Notes under the pieces: model-generated
Told to the model about the DNA's origin: nothing
The model's input: the letters and a program-made list of their open reading frames with translations, nothing else
Databases searched by the model: none
Shown: positions 61,333 through 64,000 of the stretch, in pieces
How the letters are laid out: each line of letters begins with the position of its first letter
Position numbering within the stretch: the stretch's first letter is position 1
Program-made: the position numbers and the translations under genes
NCBI GenBank assembly: GCA_028068195.1
Contig: JAPTTX010000008.1
Span: 80,047-144,046 of the forward strand
Origin: Gammaproteobacteria bacterium
GTDB taxonomy: Bacteria; Pseudomonadota; Gammaproteobacteria; Acidiferrobacterales; UBA6901
Direction of reading: 5' to 3'
Length of the DNA: 64,000 nucleotides

Positions 61333-61773
61333 TCAGGGAACGATTAGCAGCACCTTGACCGAGTGGTCGAGCACCTTTCCGTCCACATAACCGAGACCAT
61401 CCCGGTGGGTGGCAACCCAGCGCTTCACGGCCTCGTTGCCCCCCACTTCCCGCGGTGGGTGGCCCTTGCCCGAGAAAATGACCTTGGACCAATAGGCCTT
61501 AAGCCGGTCCTGGCTCATACCGACCACCTTTTGGTAGAACGCGGTACGCACCGGACTGTGGCGATACTGATCCACAGCAGTGACCTTCTGGCCGTCAGGA
61601 AATTCGTCTGACTTGCCCAGGTAGATCATAGCGACATCGGCAGCGCTGATGCCCTCGAGCGGGTTGGCGGGATTTCCGATGATGGCGAGCGCGGCGTTGG
61701 CCACATTCATCACCCCGGACAATCCGGCGACCACAAGCACGAGAACTGCAAACTTCTTCAGTAGTCTTGCCAT
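61333..61773 (-). CDS. small PstS-like periplasmic-binding-fold protein (COG0226-related, about 146 aa)
   Basis: Signal peptide ..VLVLVVAGLSGVMNVANA; ..IIGNPANP...IS..DV..IYLGK...FPDG......D.....R..F..KV.G.S...L.AYWS..IFSGKG.PP.......V...V.....LGYVD. Confidence 0.6.
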   Translation of the reverse strand: MARLLKKFAVLVLVVAGLSGVMNVANAALAIIGNPANPLEGISAADVAMIYLGKSDEFPDGQKVTAVDQYRHSPVRTAFYQKVVGMSQDRLKAYWSKVIFSGKGHPPREVGGNEAVKRWVATHRDGLGYVDGKVLDHSVKVLLIVP

Positions 61774-61786
61774 TTGTCGGGATCTC

Positions 61787-62986
61787 CTAGAATACGAGGT
61801 CGATGGCTACGCTGTAGATCATCACGTGGGTCTTGCCCGTGGGTAGATACCCAATGAGCAACCCGCGTGTCCCGTCGAGCGGCTTGACCTCTTCCGCTTC
61901 GAACTTTATATCGGCACCGGTACCGAGCTCGTATCGCAAGCCTCCTGTCACGGAGCTCTGCGCGAGCGGCGTGCCATAGCCTGGCCCAACCGGATTGTTG
62001 TTATCCGCGAGTTTGGCAAAGGTCACGTTTGGCAGGAATTTGCCTATGCGATAACCCAGGGTCGTATACCAGCCCTTCTGGTCCGGGAACGCTTCGTTGG
62101 CGCCTTGCTGGATCCGGCGCTGGAAGTACTCGGCATACAGCACGATGTTCTTCCAGTCCATGCTGCCGCCGACGCTGGAGAACGTTGCCGTCTTGTCGCT
62201 CACCCCAAAAGCAGGGGCACTGACCAGCGTTTTGAGGTAGCCACCACGCAGCGTAAAGGCATTGGTTCCGCCGCTGATGTTGATACCGTACATGCTGTCA
62301 GCAGTGAAGCTGGTATAAGCCACGGTACCGGGAGACGAGGGCACGACGCCCGGCGTCGGGTATCCAACCACCTGCGGGACAGCGGAAATAACCTCTTGCG
62401 GAACCAGCGCCTGCTCACCGGAACTTGTGCCGTAATACGGCTGCACCAGCATCGAAAACCGCCCGAAATTCAAGCGGTATAGGGCGTCTATTCCATTGAT
62501 CGTGGAGATTGGATTGGAGTAGTAAACTTCCTGCGGCGGACGTATCCATGGATAAGCGTAGCCCACCTCGATGTAATCGGAGATTAGGAACGTTGTAAGC
62601 TTTAGTTTGCCGGCGCGGATCGCGAGAGGATCCGCCAGGTGGTAAGTGACGAACGCCCAATTGGCCTTCATGGCGTAGTCGCTATTGCGGGCGCGCGACA
62701 GCAGCTGTCCGGTTAGATCCACCTTGGAATTGATTTTGGCGGAAATCTGCAGACCAAACCGGCTGTCATTGATGAATCCGACCTTGTTGGCAATATTCCC
62801 GTCCTGACTCACCAGTCCCCGCCCGGGCCCAGCGGTACAAGTCACATCACCTTGACAAGGCGCCGTATCGGCATAGGTCGCACCGGCAGTGAGAAAGCCG
62901 TTTATACGGACTCCTTCGACCCCAAATGCCTGACCGGCGCTAAGAGCTAAAGACGCCCCCAACGCGCTAACTAGCCATTTCTTCAT
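61787..62986 (-). CDS. outer-membrane beta-barrel porin
   Basis: Signal peptide MKKWLVSALGASLALSAGQAFG; alternating beta-strand pattern throughout; C-terminal ..YSVAIDLVF ends in Phe. Confidence 0.7.
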   Translation of the reverse strand: MKKWLVSALGASLALSAGQAFGVEGVRINGFLTAGATYADTAPCQGDVTCTAGPGRGLVSQDGNIANKVGFINDSRFGLQISAKINSKVDLTGQLLSRARNSDYAMKANWAFVTYHLADPLAIRAGKLKLTTFLISDYIEVGYAYPWIRPPQEVYYSNPISTINGIDALYRLNFGRFSMLVQPYYGTSSGEQALVPQEVISAVPQVVGYPTPGVVPSSPGTVAYTSFTADSMYGINISGGTNAFTLRGGYLKTLVSAPAFGVSDKTATFSSVGGSMDWKNIVLYAEYFQRRIQQGANEAFPDQKGWYTTLGYRIGKFLPNVTFAKLADNNNPVGPGYGTPLAQSSVTGGLRYELGTGADIKFEAEEVKPLDGTRGLLIGYLPTGKTHVMIYSVAIDLVF

Positions 62987-63614
62987 CTTTTGATCCCCTC
63001 ACAGTTTGTGGAGAATTTTGGCTCTTGATTGTTATGCCATCCGGGCCACTGAAATCGGCTCGGCTGTACAGCCAGCGGACTGTTCAGTTCCAATCCGTTG
63101 GTTTTACTATAGTCCGGGACCACGGCAGCGCAAGAAACCCCGAAAATACCAAGGTAACGCCGGGGCAATGGATGAAAGCGGTACCGGTTTGGGCTCAATG
63201 GCGCCCAAGGATTTCGCCGTAAAATCAAACGTGATCGCAATTGGACTGCCCAGCGAACGCATGCCGGACTAATCGAAGTACAGAAAGCACGTCAAATACC
63301 TCGTACCGGCCCAGGTCAACGGTGACTGCGCCCCGACTCCAGATGACCGGAAACCCTCGAGACCTCCGCACCCTCTTTGCCGGGTTTCAACAACGCGCGT
63401 CTGGTCCGTACCGCCGCGTCTCGGTTGCTGTGACCCGAATCTGCCGCAGGAGCGCCAACCTAAGCAGCCACTTGTCCGCCGGACGTGCCGGATCGTCTGG
63501 CGCCCGATGCGGATTCGCGTCGGCGTGCCATAGTTGATACATGGGCACCCATGACCGGCCCAAACTATTGACCTCAGGCGCGCACAGCCCGGACACGATA
63601 TCCAGGAAGAGCAC

Positions 63615-64000
63615 GTGAGCATTTTTTATAAGGATTGTCCCCAGTGTGCAACCACCCACGCAGCTAATGCCATCCGTTGCAGTTGCGGCCATTTCTTCGT
63701 TCCCGAGAGCGAGGCTGGACCGGAATTGAGCCCGGAGTTGCGCGCCCAGGAGGAAAAACTCTATGAGGCTTACCTCGCAGCTCGACGGGATCAAACCGCC
63801 GAGGCCGTAGCGCTTGCACGTGCTGAGGTTTCCCGAACCCCAGCGAGCACCCAGGCAGCCAGTCTTCTTGCAGAAGCCGAGGCAGCACTCAAGGCCGCCG
63901 AGACGGAACTCAATAACCAGCGGGAAAAGCACGCCGAATCCCGCAGACTGGCTGATGTGGCTAGGGCAAACGCAGATACCCCGCAGACCAGATTCAGTGG
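63615..64000 (+). CDS. zinc-ribbon N-terminus + Ala/Glu-rich coiled-coil protein, 3'-truncated by window end (not in the ORF track)
   Basis: My own translation from GTG 63615 (AGGAAG 6 nt upstream): (M)SIFYKDCPQCATTHAANAIRCSCGHFFVPESEAGPELSPELRAQEEKLYEAYLAARRDQTAEAVALARAEV...NNQREKHAESRRLADVARANADTPQTRFS. It is open to nt 64000. CPxC...CxCGH is a 4-Cys zinc-ribbon pattern. Confidence 0.55.
   Translation, partial: MSIFYKDCPQCATTHAANAIRCSCGHFFVPESEAGPELSPELRAQEEKLYEAYLAARRDQTAEAVALARAEVSRTPASTQAASLLAEAEAALKAAETELNNQREKHAESRRLADVARANADTPQTRFS

Overview
GC-rich bacterial chromosomal segment (mid-60s % GC by eye, not computed). It is gene-dense, with about 60 supportable CDS. I found no rRNA, tRNA, CRISPR array, transposase, integrase or recognisable phage or defence genes.

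Gene order reproduces several conserved gammaproteobacterial neighbourhoods, so this looks like core chromosome rather than a mobile island:
- rluD-pgeF(yfiH), divergent from bamD
- aat-bpt-infA-clpA-clpS next to a csp gene
- icd ... rluE-nudJ-mnmA-purB

A note on the ORF track: it renders GTG/TTG starts as M. I verified this at 2527, 8119, 42747, 47933 and 60096. Many tracked ORFs are antisense shadows or 5'-over-extended, so I re-placed starts where alignment logic, signal peptides or SD sequences allowed.

Housekeeping content:
- Envelope quality-control run: VWA protein, membrane coiled-coil protein, DsbC/G-like, DegP-like, BamE-like
- hrpB, clpB (with a good sigma-32 promoter match), nadC, nadE-glnB
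- N-degron pathway genes (aat, bpt, clpS, clpA), icd, mnmA, purB

The most unusual part is 51.3-61.0 kb:
- A 1033-aa single ORF fuses an acyl-carrier domain, a fatty-acyl-AMP-ligase-like adenylation domain, a hydrophobic segment and a PlsC-type acyltransferase domain.
- It converges on a same-strand run of two single-domain PilZ proteins, a TPR-tailed Ser/Thr-kinase homologue lacking both catalytic Asp residues (HRG, DPG), a second PlsC-family acyltransferase and a SAM methyltransferase.
- Two paralogous secreted Sel1-repeat/Ala-Arg coiled-coil proteins follow, each carrying in-frame tandem DNA repeats.
- I propose this, as inference only, as a candidate uncharacterised lipid-acylation/remodelling locus with c-di-GMP and pseudokinase inputs.

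Other second-look items:
- An HTH-like in-frame extension on purB
- Tandem paralogous mini-proteins after csp
- An ArsM-like/CoA-disulfide-reductase-like pair separated by only 3 nt
- A mini-kinase/ICMT pair
- A hypothetical/NlpC-P60/short-secretin-like operon
- Several long ORF-poor gaps

All family assignments come from motif recognition by eye; no database search was run.
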